Assembly (NCBI RefSeq): GCF_018977255.1
Contig: NW_024704742.1
Span: 54,376,001 to 54,440,000 of the forward strand
DNA length: 64,000 nt
Direction of reading: 5' to 3'
From: Callorhinchus milii
Lineage: Eukaryota
Shown: in pieces, positions 47,840 through 60,365 of the stretch
How the letters are laid out: each line of letters begins with the position of its first letter
Position numbering within the stretch: position 1 is the stretch's first letter
Notes under the pieces: model-generated
Seen by the model: only the letters and a program-made list of their open reading frames with translations
Databases searched by the model: none
Told to the model about the DNA's origin: nothing
Made by a program: the position numbers and the translations under genes

Positions 47840-48180
47840 ATGGGGACTGGTGGATTAGCTAAAGATTACGCACCAAGAGCTTGATGGTTTGAATCCCATG
47901 CTGAATTTGCTGACCTCAGCTGGGGTTATATGGAAAGACTAAATTGGACCTGGAGAGTTAGGGCAGAGATAATTATCCAGATTCCTACTCCAGGCCCCTT
48001 TACAAGCTCTGTGTGTGTGTGTGTGGCAGCTGGGTTGAGAGAGGTAGTGACACCTTTTTCACTTGAGTTTGACCATTCCCTGCTAACACAGGCGCAATGG
48101 TCACATGGGTGGTTTGACCTGAAGCAACCATTGCCTATGAAACTACCCAGCATGAGAAGACCAGACGCAGAGGGGATAAT
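47840..48180 (+). mobile_element. Ancient SINE relic related to 2760-3048
   Basis: GGTTTGAATCCC B box, GCTGAATTTGCTGACCTCAGCTGGGG, TTCCTACTCC, (TG)n; very degenerate. Confidence 0.4.
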
Positions 48181-48899
48181 ATTAATTGGATACACTAAAC
48201 ATATATGTACATAAAAATATTTCCCTTCTCTTAGACTAACTAGTTATTGTACACAATACAATGGTGTTTTTCTCCATCTTATCATTGCCCAAAGCGGAAT
48301 TTAAATGCTAAATTATCGCACTTGCCAAGTTTACACATAAACTCACATCCATATCAAGATGGTGCTCAAGAATTCAGGAAACACAAACATCCCCTTTGGT
48401 GGAGTATCATCAGTTGGTCTTAATTTTACAAGATGACTGAACGAACATGTTGGAACTCAGCCCTTGGCACAAATATGCTTCATGAATCTAAACTATAATA
48501 TACTTGGGTATATTTTAAATATACTCCCCAAATCATCAAATATAAATAACAGTCCCTTTCAGATACTAAAAGAAATGGAGAAGCACTTCAGTCCCCTTAG
48601 ACCAAACTAAAATGTTATAGCACATCTCTTTACAGCATTGCCACAAAATATTTAGAACAGTATTGAAGTAAAAGTAAAATGTTTTTATGTGGGAGGAAAG
48701 AGACTTTGTTGCAATGTGTTACCAGATCAGTTCACCTTGTGGGATATAAATTGATCCCATGACAGCTGATCAAGTATCCTTTGTGCCCATTATACAAGGC
48801 AAGATGAAGCACACTGGAGGGGGGAAATCTGATTCCTGTTTACCTATCCCCTTTGGTGGGAAAGATTACTATGCCTCTTGCTGTAGAAGTTGTTTCCAG

Positions 48900-49410
48900 A
48901 ATGAATATAAATGACCTGGACTTGGGTATAGGGAGTACAATTTCCAAGTTTGCAGATGATACTAAGCTAGGAAAAGTAGTAAACAGTGAGGAGGATAGTA
49001 GCAGACTGCAAACGGACATAGACAGACTGGTAAAGTGGGCAGCCATGTGGCAGATGAAATTTAATGTGGCGATGCATTTTGGGAGGAAGAATAAGGAGAG
49101 GCAATATAAGCCTATGGTAGAGTCTTAAAGGGGGTGAAGGAACAGAGAGCCCTGGGGGTTCAAAGTAAATCTTTGAAGGTGGCAGGACAGGTAGATAAAG
49201 TTCTTTAAAAAAGCATATGGGATGCCAGGTTTTATAAATATGGGGCATAGAATACAAAAGTCAGGAAATTATGATGAACCTTTATAAAACACTGGCTAGG
49301 CCTCAGGTACAATACTGTGTGCAGTTCTGGGCACCACACGTTAGGAAGGATGTCAAGGCATTGGAGAGGGTGCAAAGGAGATTTACCAGGATGGTACCAG
49401 GAATGAGGGT
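48900..49410 (+). mobile_element. CR1 LINE RT C-terminal fragment
   Basis: INDLDLGIGSTISKFADDTKLG, WQMKFNV, LYKTLARPQVQYCVQFWAPH..KDVKALERVQRRFTRMVPG. Confidence 0.95.
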
Positions 49411-51779
49411 CTTTCCAAAAGACTCCTTCAACATACCAATCTGTATTCTTATGACAAATATTCCAGGCTGACGTTCATTAACTCTTAGCTGTGAATCATA
49501 TTCACACTTCACCTCAACAAATGAAAATTCTTGAGTGTTTGTTTTTGGTTTTACCAAACACGAGGATTAGAAATTACCAGTCACATAGCTTCTCATTAAA
49601 TGTTTACCTTCAGCAATAGACAGAAATCAGTTACCAAGGGGCTTTGCATGGGCCAAATCTTGTTCATGATTATGAAGATGACTTTCAGTCCCATGTTACT
49701 TTCTTAATAAATATGTGGCTAAAATTTGTAAAAAATAATTAATGCATTATTTTGGGGTTAATTAGTACAAGGAATTTGTTAAGAAATACCCCACATTCAT
49801 AGTAATAATCCTTGCATTTGATATAGTGCCAATTTTTAGCATTAAAAAATATTTTAAAAAGGGATTTCTTTGCAATGAGCCCACAAGGAGAATAATTTTC
49901 TAGTTAAAATGGCAACCGACTTAATAATGAACACAATATAAACCGAAGAATAAAAAGTGAATCAAACAAAATATGCAGAAACAACATGGTATTTATAGTT
50001 TAGAAATGCTTGCCTCAGCATCAACCTGCTCATTTTTGTAACGGAATGATTTTCAATATTTATAGCTTCCATTCTTTTTGGGGAAAGTGAAAAAATTATT
50101 TGCTGTAGTAAGTGATTCATATATCAGGAGGGACAAGTTAAAAATTAAGAAGTCAGCAGGAAACAAACTTTTTTTTGTGATAATAATTTTAAAAGGTACT
50201 TTTTCATACACAGATGAATCTGTCATTCTCTCAAATTGCAACATTAATTATACTTATATGGGAATAACTGAAATTTGTTCATCATGAAAAGGTGAGATTC
50301 ACATTTGCCTACAAAAATACACAATCACTACACTCTGTATTAAAATCCTGTGAAGTATTTGAGCTATTTCGACAGCATCATAAGGCATTATATCAAATGC
50401 AAGAATTATCATTATAATTTCACAGTTGAACCAATTGCATTGTTCATGAAAAATGTAAAAGGTCTTGAATTAACATTTGAAATAATTCCTCAAAGTATAC
50501 CCATATGTTTTTAAGGAACAAAAAACCACATCAGACTACTCAAGTGAGGTTCAGATGAAAAAGAGCCTTTGGGCAATTAACAACTAAAATTCCAACCCCA
50601 CCAACCTCCCTTTACAGCATCACGTTGTTTCTTAATGAATAGCTACTTTAACAAGGGAACAAATAAAGATGGGGAAAAATTTTATTTTCCTAAATGCATT
50701 CTGCTTCTGATAATTAACCACATAATGCAGTTGAAACGTATCTTTAAAACCCACCTTTAATGAGAGGTTTGCGAATAAAACAACCTCTTCCTTCCACTCC
50801 CCCGTTGACTTCTAAACAATGGTTTCTCCTCAAACCTTTTCATATTCTAAATCGCTACCATATTCTTTTTAGTCAGCCAGGACTTGAAGCCTTTATTCCA
50901 AGCCACTGGACCAGTGTTTTAACTTGTAATGTTTGGTTTTAAAATTAATTTTCAGTTTGTGTTTGGTGAAGACTTGGAGAACAAAAACTTTTGCAATCTT
51001 TGCTTGATGAGAGAAAAGTTGTTAATATGCTGAACCTGTGAGAGAAACTATTCTTCACAAGTCATTGAGTGATCACTCCAAAAATTTGTCATGAAGGACA
51101 GCTTTTAAGGACACCTTTCAACCATATTTTCTGGCTAGTCAATAAAGTGTTAATGAAGAAGGAATGCATTCAGGGATAGTGCAATTTTCATCCTGGCAGT
51201 CTTTACAATCTTGAACATATTATGACTGCTTGCAAATATTTTAGATTTGGATGTGTTTTCAATCTTGAAGAGTGAATAAGCAGCTGCAGAAATGATCTTT
51301 AGGGTTATAAGCTTGAGGGCTACAAACTTTCATGTTTAGGATGATGACTTTACCTCTGGGTAAAGTTTGGCTGATATTCCTGCAGATGCACTCAAATGCC
51401 ACGCTCCACAGGCACTAACAACAATAGCAGCTGTTGAAGACTTTAGGCCAAGCAATTGTGCCAAAGTAAGGGTTGTTCCCACACAAATCTAGTCGATATT
51501 TAAAGAATACTTTGGCTAACAATATTTGGTGATATGATAATTATCACATCACAAATCAAATGTTTTAACCCAATGTGACTATCTGACTCACACTTATCTC
51601 TAAGCTCTTGGAGTTAATTGATCCATCCGGGCTAGAACCAGGAGATTAAAGAGTGTAGAGACAGCATTGCTATCTGTTATTTGTCTTCTCCTGATAATAC
51701 GCACAGTTAAATGGGAACCTCTGCACTTGAAAGCACATTATTCTCTGATAAGTGCAAGATAGATAAGACAAGATAAATA

Positions 51780-52265
51780 ATATGATAATGATCCTTACAT
51801 TTAACGTGGCACCTTTCACATTGAGGAACTTCTGAAAGTGCTTCACAGGATTTATTGTAAAGTGATGTGACTGTATATTTTGTGGGTGAATGTGAAAGCT
51901 AATTTTGTGCAGAGCAATGTCCCACAAACAGACATAGAGTGTATGATCAATTTTATTTGAGGGATTGTTGGCCAGGACACTGGGAGAATCTCCCTTCACT
52001 TTTTGAATAGTGCAATAGGATCTTTAACAAATTAGTAACAAATTATATTTGTATAGAGACTTTCACGTTGGGAGGACGTCGCAAAGTGCTTTAATGTCCA
52101 CCTGAAAAGACAAGCAGGGCCTCGGTTTAACATTTCATCTGAAGTACATACCTTCAACAATACAGCACAGCCAATGTACTGTGCTGAAGTGAGTTCTAAA
52201 CCCTGAAGTTTGTGGCCTAAAACCCACAAACTTCTGACCCATAGGCAGGAACACTACTAGCTGAA
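51780..52265 (-). mobile_element. Near full-length Deu-domain SINE with a nested L2 mini-tail at about 52028-52090
   Basis: TTGGCCAGGACACTGGGAGAA..TTTTGAATAGTGC..GATCTTTAA[insert]TTTAATGTCCACCTGAA..GGGCCTCGGTTTAAC. Confidence 0.85.
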
Positions 52266-52414
52266 ACACAATAAAAAAAATAAAGTAGGAAAAAAGCTTT
52301 AAAAAAACACTAAGCTAAAGCCTAAAACCCACAATCTTCTGACTCATAGGCAAGAACACTACTAGCTGAAACACAATAAAAAAAAGTAGGAAAAAAGCTT
52401 TAAAAAAACACTAA
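52215..52414. repeat. Local tandem duplication, period about 105 bp
   Basis: GCCTAAAACCCACAA...AAAAAAACACTAA occurs at 52215 and again at 52320. Confidence 0.95.
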
Positions 52415-53579
52415 AAAGCCCCTCCAAAATAAAAACACATTAAACTCCCCATTCCTTTACCACCCTATTCAGCTACACTGAAATTTCAGTATCAATCTAT
52501 TCACATTCCTAATTCCCAGGAAATGTCCTGAATTGGAGACTATTGGTACTTGCTTCTGCTGATAATATTTTCAATGTAGTTCATTTGATGAGCATCCCCT
52601 GACGCTATTTCCCCAGATGCGATAAATCCTGACTACTTCTCACATAAATCCTCACGTCTTACTTTTTCCAATAAATCTGCAGGTATAATATCACTAGGGT
52701 TGCTTTTATAGTCTCACAAGAAGAAGCTGAAATCTCAGGAGGGAGAAAAGGCTCTTTTCATTTCCAAATTATTAAAGTCTTCTGACATTTCACATCAAAA
52801 GGGCAAGGTCCGAGCTGGTGAGATTGGCTACTTTTCCTAACCCTTATCAAGATGCATCCAAATATGCTATCCATGTTGCTGACATTTGTTCAAGGATCAG
52901 TGCTAACTGGATTCAGCTTAACCTTTCTGCGTATCACATCACACAAAAAAAATTGCCTCTACTATATCTTGGCTAGCGATTCCACTACTATTTTTTAAAA
53001 AAGAAGTTTGAAGATTAAAAGATAGCCAAGAAAAGTATTGTTACATGCACACTCTTTGCAAATTTCATTATCATAAATATTATATGTTCGTTCCTGTCAC
53101 AAGTACTATTGTAATCGAAAAGTTGCAAGGATATAAAGTGTTTGCCTTCCAACCAGATGGTTGCAAAGTTTTAATCCCATTAGGAGTTCATGTGGCTTGA
53201 GCTCATCTGGCAGTGCTGTGAACAGTGTTCAACATTTTTCAATCAAGTGTCACATGGAGCTCTTCTTTGTGGTGAAATAAAAGCCTTGGTGAGAAAATAT
53301 TGGCAGAGCTGCCTTCCCCACTGGATTTGCAGTCCCTGTTACCTAATTATAATGGAATTGATGGTGATTACAAGGCAGTCAGTATATCAATAATCCCACC
53401 TGTCATCCTGAAGAGATGTTGTGGAGGGCTGAATATGAGAAATTAAATGAGATAATATGAGGTAAAATAATATAAGTGATATATTCTTAACTGATGGTTA
53501 TCAAAATCATTGGAATTATTAAGTATTCCCCAAAACTTAAGGTTTCAAGTGTTAAATGTTACTATTTAACTTATGTTGG

Positions 53580-53968
53580 ACAGATCACTTTCAAGATCCT
53601 CACACTAGTTTTCAAATCCCTTTGTGCCCTGGCACCTCCCTACCTCTCCAACCTGCTTATCCCCCAACCCGCTGCCTCAGCTCGACTAGCTCCAGCCTTC
53701 TGCATGTCCCTCAAGCCCTCTGTTCCACCACTGTCTGTCGTGCTTTCAGCCACTACGCCCCAAAACTCTGAAACACTCTTCCTCTATCCTTTGGCCTTGA
53801 CCCTTCCTTCCCCATCTTCAGGTTGCACCTGAAGACCTTCCTATTCGACCGTGCCTACGGTCACCTCCTGCCCCTCCCACTCAGCGTCATGCTCCGCCAC
53901 TGTCAAGTGCTCTGGGGCATTACCCTGTGTGAGGGGCGCTTTATAAATTCAAGTTATTGTTGTTGTTA
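53580..53968 (+). mobile_element. L2 3' fragment (same 3'-UTR type as 25555-25703)
   Basis: ITFKILTLVFKSL..LAPPYLSNLL; RAFSHYAPKL; TTG tail. Confidence 0.9.
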
Positions 53969-53974
53969 TGTTGT

Positions 53975-54282
53975 AACAGGCATCCTTAGGATGAGATGTT
54001 AAACCAAGATCCTGTTTGCTTCAGCTGGACATTAAAGTTGTAGTACCCATAGTACTATTCAAAAAGACAAGGGAGTTTAACCCGGTATCCTGACCAACAA
54101 TCCCCTAACCAAAAAAATTGATCATCCACTTTGTGCCTGTTTATAATACATTGCTATCGCATATGCACTATCGCGTTTGCCTAGAAATAGACAATCAATA
54201 GACTTTACAGTAAATCCTCAGTAGATACCCTCCCAACATGAATGGTGCTGTATCAAATGCAAGGATTTTCATTATGATTATT
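53975..54282 (+). mobile_element. Deu-domain SINE fragment
   Basis: CCTTAGGATGAGATGTTAAACCAAG..ACTATTCAAAA..TCCTGACCAACA; tail ATCAAATGCAAGGATT. Confidence 0.75.
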
Positions 54283-54296
54283 AAAAGTCTGCCAGG

Positions 54297-54640
54297 CATA
54301 GGAACATGGAAACAGGAGTAGGCCATTCAGCCCCTCGAGCCTGTTCCACCATTCTATAAGATCATGGCTGATCTGTACCTCAACCCCAATCTGTTCCTCA
54401 ATGCAATTGGCTACCACGTTTTGCCCACAAAATAGACAGGCAATGCAATTTACAGTATATTCTGTGAAGCGTTTTGAGACATCTCGAAGATGTGATCAGC
54501 GCTATATCAAATGCAAGAATTTTATTAGTATTATTATTACCCATCCTTGCTCATATCCCTTGATACTCTGACCTAACCATTTCAGTCTTGAAATTGTGAA
54601 TGGATCCAGCATCCCCAGCCTTTGGGGGAGAACGTTTCAG
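54297..54640 (-). mobile_element. CR1 3' terminus interrupted by a SINE fragment (54400-54538, +)
   Basis: ATAGGAACATGGAAACAGGAGTAGGCCATTCAGCCCCTCGAGCCTGTTCC..GATCATGGCTGATCTG; resumes ATATCCCTTGATAC..GATCCAGCATCCCCAGCC. Confidence 0.85.
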
Positions 54641-54764
54641 ATTTGAGCATGGGTTGGTCAATCGTTTAACCTCTGATATATATCTTTTATCTGAAATAAA
54701 ATCATTTCCTGTGACTTTTTTGCCCACAAAATACATAGCGAATTCACTTTACAATAGTGAAGTA

Positions 54765-55080
54765 GTGGAGTCCTGTAGCTCAGTGGTTAGAGCACTTGCT
54801 TTGCAAGTGAGAGACCTGAGTTCAATTCCAGGCAGGGCGAAACCTTGGGCAAGTTTCCTTACTCCACACGCCTAATAATAATCCCTCCAAAAAAAACAAA
54901 AAAAAACAATAATAAAAAAAATTGGTCATTTTCAATCTACGACTGTTTGTGGGACACTGCTGTGCGCAATTGGCTGCCGCGTTCGCCCACAAATATACAG
55001 TCAATTCACTTTACAGTGTGTTCTGTGAAGCGCTTTGGGACGTCCTCCCGACGTGAAAAGCGCTATATCAAATGCAAGGA
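54765..55080 (+). mobile_element. Young full-length tRNA-derived SINE (short variant, L2-matched tail), ending in an A-run
   Basis: GTGGAGTCCTGTAGCTCAGTGG...GGGACGTCCTCCCGACGTGAAAAGCGCTATATCAAATGCAAGG. Confidence 0.96.
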
Positions 55081-55971
55081 AAAAAAATATATCCTGTGAA
55101 GTGCTTTTAGATGTGTCAATAATGTGATAAGGTGCTATTTCAAATTCAAGGATTATTATTATTATTACTGTATGTCATTGATATGCTGATAGGATTGAAT
55201 CCACTCAATAACATCCTTATCTCTTAACTTGCCAAAATCTGCCCTAAGTAAATCATTTAGAAAGTGGGATTTATTGAGGAATAAGGTCTGCTCTGGACTC
55301 TGAACTCACAGTCACCACACTGGGCCTATACATTTCTTGAGTAATTGATGTTCAGCTTCAAGCATGTATTACTGTATCATTGCCACAGCCTTGCAAATTA
55401 AAATACTCAACAGACTGATAGAAAGTGCAGCAGGAACATCAATAGCTTGTAGAACATGTTATCTCTATCCCATCATTCAAAAAAAATCATGAGACTGCAA
55501 ATTAGAGAGCAGTTAGCCTCACATCTGTAGTGTGAAAATTGCTGTAGAGAGCTTTATGCAGGCTACTATTAATCTTCATCTGGAGAGCATGGGCTCTGGA
55601 AGGATTATTATACAGAAACAATTGCTCATGAATCTGCTGGAATTCTTTACGCAGGTACATAAACTAATAAGCATGAGCCACCCAGTGGATGCCAATTAAC
55701 AACAATTTGGATTTGATGGAATTGATGGAAATAAGCTACTTCAATTGAAACCGGTTAGCAACCGGAAGCAATGTTGGTGATAAATTATCCTGTCACATGA
55801 CTGTTCAGAATTTTTTGCTGTTCATATTCATAATTTTGCTGTGAGATTTTTTTTTAAATACACTAAAACTCCATCCAGCTAGACAAATGAGGGGAGATCA
55901 AGTCCGGCGAGCCAGAATTTCTTGCCAAGTGTAATGAGAATAGCAGTATCAGCATTGTAATTGTTTAACGA

Positions 55972-56735
55972 AACACAAAATACTGCAGATGTTGGAAATC
56001 TGAAACAAAAACAGAGAGAGCTGGGAACACTCAGCAAGTCAGGCAGCATCTATGGAGAAAGGAAAGTGGGTCAACGTTTCGGGTCCATGACCCTTCATCA
56101 GAAAGGGTCGTGGGGCATGTTGGGAGGGAGAGGCTTTTAATGGCTAACAGAGAGGGTGGAATCAGGGCAAGGAAGACAAAGGATTAAATGGAGTAGAGGA
56201 CAGGGGATGATGGATGAAAGAGGTATTAATGATACAGGAGGAAGGAAGAGGGGGTGCCCTCTGGACTCAATATTAATTTCAACAATCTCAGACTGCACTC
56301 TGACCTCTCCATCTATGGTTTCCTAAGCTGTTCCAATGAGCCACAGCTCAAGTTCACGGAACAGCACCTCATTTGTCTGCTAGGGACCTTACAGCCCTCT
56401 GGCGTCAATATTGATTTCAACAATTTCAGACCATGACAGCTCACCTTCCCCCTCCCCCTCTTCTGTGACCATTGTCACATCATCTGGGTCCCAGATATAC
56501 CTTTTCTCTCTCTGGTCTGCCTGTTTTGTTGCAATTCCTCCCCCTTTGTTTTGCATCATTAACACCTCTTTAACCCATCATCCCCTGTCCTATTTTCTCC
56601 TTTGTCTTCTTTGCCCTGCCTCGCCCCTATCTCTTAGTCCTTAAAAGCCTCTTCCTCCCAACATCCCCAGCGAAGGGTCATGGACCCGAAAAGTTGACTC
56701 ACTTTCCTTTCTCCATAGATCCTGCCTGACAAGCT
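55972..56735. mobile_element. Penelope-like element remnant with inverted terminal (pLTR) arms
   Basis: 56254-56436 translates to SDLSI.G..C.NE.QLK.TEQHLI..LGTLQPSGVNIDFNNF (GIY-YIG C-terminus typical of PLE ORFs); 56035-56255 is the inverted homolog of 56535-56730. Confidence 0.85.
56068..56105 (-). ncRNA. Minimal type I hammerhead ribozyme core (PLE-associated); activity unproven
   Basis: Minus strand reads CUGAUGA-A-GGGUC-AUG-GACCC-GAAA-CGUU: intact core, 5-bp helix II, palindromic AACGUU helix III; helix I is weak. Confidence 0.75.
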
Positions 56736-56756
56736 AAGAAAATACTTGGTTGCATT

Positions 56757-57437
56757 TAACAACAACAACAAGATTCCATTTATAGAGCGCCTTTCACGTC
56801 GGGAGGACGTCCCAAGGCGCTGTACAGTTGGGTCAGGACCCGAGCAGGGGGGAAATGATCAAGGTGAGGGGAGGGAAGGGAGGGAGCGAGGAGGGGGTAG
56901 AGAGTCGAGAGAGGAGCTAAAGGCGCGGTCAAAGAGAAAGGTCTTGAGACCGGCCTTGAAGGAGGAAAGGGAAGAAGCAAGGCAAAGGCACTGGGGGATG
57001 GAGTTCCAGAGCCTAGGGGCTGAGAGGCTGAAGGCCCAGCCACCAATGGTAGGGCGGTTGGGGTGGGGGATGTGGAGCAGACCGGAGCCAGAGGAACGGA
57101 GGGTACGGACAGGTAGGTAGGGGGGTAGTAGGTCGGAGAGGTAGGAGGGAGCAAGGCCGGGAATGGCCTTGTAGGTGGGAATTGAGGATCTTGAATTCGA
57201 TCCTCTGGGGGATGGGGAGCCAGTGGAGGCGAGCGAGGGTGGGAGTGATGTGGTCCCGAAGCCTGGTGCGTGACAGTACACGAGCTGCAGAGTTCTGAAT
57301 GACCTGCAGCTTGTGGAGGGAGGTGCCGGGAAGGCCGGCGAGGAGAGAGTTCCCATAGTCCAGCCTTGAGGTGATAAAGGTGTGGACCAGAGTTTCAGCA
57401 GCGTGTGGGGTGAGGTAGTGCCGTAGTTTGGCGATGT
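56757..57437 (-). mobile_element. Young 5'-truncated L2 (3' about 680 bp)
   Basis: LRHYLTPHAAETLVHTFITSRLDYGNSLLAG..LHWLPIPQRIEFKIL; stem-loop and (TTG)n. Confidence 0.96.
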
Positions 57438-59212
57438 AATAATACAATTTAAGACATTTCACTGGAGATTATTCTAACCTTCAAAGTAGACATTGAAAGA
57501 TTGGAATGGATTCAGACAGGAGCAACACGGGTGATTTAGAGGTTTAGAGCTCTAAATTATGGGGAGAATTAATTTGCTCTCATTGCACAAAAGGAAGGTT
57601 GAGGGATTAGGCACAATAAACGAGGTTTCTAAAATGATAAGAGACAGAGATTAATGTAATAAAATAAGACTCTTTGGCTTAGAGTGTACAAACTCATCTC
57701 TGATGTGATTTCAAGTCAAAATGACATACGTGGGATACCAAAGGAAATGCACTTTACTTGTTGAGCAAGATTATCTGGGATCCAAGACACATTTAATGCT
57801 GCCCTTTTTCTCACTTTTACAACTCAATTTGTTTCTATGCAATGCTGAATGTGACCTGTGGAACTTACCTCACCAAAGTTGAATAGTTTGTATTGTCAAG
57901 TTGGATTAATAACTGCAGAGTTTTACTTAATTATATTTGAATTTTGGAAGATCTTTTACTTTTACGGAGGTTTATTTTCCAGAAAATTGTCTATGGTCGA
58001 TTGTTTTAAGGTAAACCCCATACAGTCTGTGAAGGGATAGAGCTTGATCAGTTAGCATTTTCAGGTTATTTATTTTCCGATGCTCTTTGGGTATCATGAA
58101 TACTTATCACGTTTGTAATTGTGCCCCTCTCATTCTATGATTTCAATATGTTAAAAAAAACAATGTCCATATTCAGTGCTTTAAAGACAATGGAGCGTAT
58201 CCTCTTACGAGTCATCTTGTTTGCAGTGAAACAAGTTCAATACTGTAGGCCTATGCTCATGATTTCATGTTTTCAATCTTTGTCTTAGACCCTTGTGACA
58301 AAAAATACTTCAGCATCAACATTATCAGTGTTCAGTTTGTACAAAATTGATGATTTCCCATGTTTGGCCTCTGAATTTCATCATACTACCTACAGATATT
58401 TAAGACACAGAATCATCAAGGATAAATCATCAACCAAAGCATTTTAGGAATTCAAGAATAAATCCCCTGACCCTCAAAATAACAATACAGTAATCCCAAT
58501 CATAGAGCAAAAACAATTGCATAACTCACAGCGCAGTTCAGAGGGGAGGACTCCACATAGATAGGTATTGTCCAGCTTCCAACTTTTTGGCACCTGAGTT
58601 GTGTCCAAGTTAGTGTACCCAACTCAAGGATCAGAAGAAACATTCAAGATGTGGTTCTGTGCTGGCTGAGTGCAATGAGTGTAAAGCGCAGGCACCTCTG
58701 GCAAGAGAGCTGTTAAAGGTGAAGTGATTTGAGAAAATCAGCCATGGAGAAAATTGTGTTCAACTAGCAAAGCAGGAAAGCAACAACAAAAGGACCTAAC
58801 CCCTGACTAAGCTTTTAGCCTCAGTACTGAAGGTGATTGAATTATTTAACTTTAATCCTTGGATGGCAACACTTCTACAGAAATTTGTGACCATTTCTGT
58901 ATGTTTTCAATTCACAAGCTGAAGATTTTTAAATAATATTATAATAATCCAATAATCCTTGCATTTAATATAGCATCTACAACATCAAAACTTCTCAAAG
59001 TGCATCACAGGTAATTGCTGTGAAGTCCAGTGACTGTATATTTGTTGATGAACTTGGCATCCCATTTCCAATTTATTTGTGGAAAATCCCACCTGGGTCT
59101 AGATTTACTCAATTTATGTAGCATTTGACAATATCCAGAAATTAGCAAATTGTTGAAGTCAGTTTTATTTTCAAAATTGTGTCTGTATTTAAGAATTTGT
59201 CAAATTCTGGAT

Positions 59213-59922
59213 AATAAGAATAATCCTTGTAATTGATATAGTTCTTTTCACATCAGGAGGGCATCTCAGAGTTCTTTATAATAGTTACTGTAGAGTACAG
59301 TGATTGTATTTTATAGTGAATGTGGCAGCCAATTTGCAACTGGCCAACACAATTGAAGAAATTCTCTTCTCTTTTTAAAGTAGTGACATACAATCTTTAA
59401 CATTCACGTGAACTGGTAGGCAGATAGGATCTACCTATCTGCCTACCAGTTCTGTAGCTCAGTGGTTAGAGCACTCGCCTTGCAAGCGAGACACCTGGGT
59501 TCAATTCCAGGCAGAGGGCAAAACCTTGGGCAAGTTTCCTTACTCCACACGCCTAATAATAATCCCTCCAAAACAATAATAAATTGGTCATTTTCATTCC
59601 ACGACTGTTTGTGGGACACTGCTGTGTGCAATTGGCTGCTGCGTTTCGCTCACAAATATGCAGACAATTCACTTTACAGTATATTCTGTGAAGCGCTTTG
59701 GGACATCTAGAAGACGTGAAAAGCGCTATATCAAATGCAAGGATTATTATTATCATGTATTATTACCTCGGTTTAACCTTTCATTTAAAAGGAGGTAATG
59801 CAGCGCTTCTCCAGGACTGCAGTGGAAGATCAGCTTAGAGTGTGAATTCATAGTCCCAATGTGGGACTTGAACCTACACTGTTTTGATTCAGAAGCAAGG
59901 GTGCTCCCAATTGAGCCAGTCT
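59213..59922 (-). mobile_element. Deu-domain SINE split by a young SINE insertion
   Basis: Left part ends CTTTAACATTCACGTGAAC..GGCAGATAGG; resumes at about 59764 ACCTCGGTTTAAC..GGGACTTGAACC..TTGAGCCA. Confidence 0.75.
59451..59753 (+). mobile_element. Full-length tRNA-derived SINE (short variant)
   Basis: CTGTAGCTCAGTGGTTAGAGCACTCGC...GGGACATCTAGAAGACGTGAAAAGCGC..(TTA)n. Confidence 0.95.
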
Positions 59923-59989
59923 GTACCTGTGATCCTCTGAAATGCTGTATAAACAGAGTAAATCTAGACCCAGATGGAATTTCTCTTTG

Positions 59990-60365
59990 TTCGTGTGGTA
60001 ACTGATTATTCATTTTTAAGGTATCAATCTAGTTCCTTCTTGAAAGCTAATATAGATTCAACTTTTACCATTGCACTTGGCAAGGCAATCCACATCCTAA
60101 CAACTTTGTGTAAAAAAAAATCTTCCTAAAATTTTTCCCCTTTGTTCCCTAAGTTAAATTGATGTCCTCTTGTTACTGACTCACAGACAACAGGATATAA
60201 TTTATCCCTATTGACGGTGTCAATACCCCTCAGAATTTTAAACACCTCTATCAAGATTCTCTTCTACCTTCTCTGCTTCAATGAAAATAGGCTGAATTCC
60301 TCTAATCTCTGGTTAACATCAATTGGCTCATCACTGGTCTCAACCAAGAAAATCTCCTCTGCACT
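59990..60365 (-). mobile_element. CR1 3' fragment
   Basis: ATCCACATCCTAACAACTTTGTGTAAAAAAAAATCTTCCTAA..TCCTCTTGTTACTGACTC..AATTTTAAACACCTCTATCAAG, the reverse of the 30425-30845 pattern. Confidence 0.8.
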
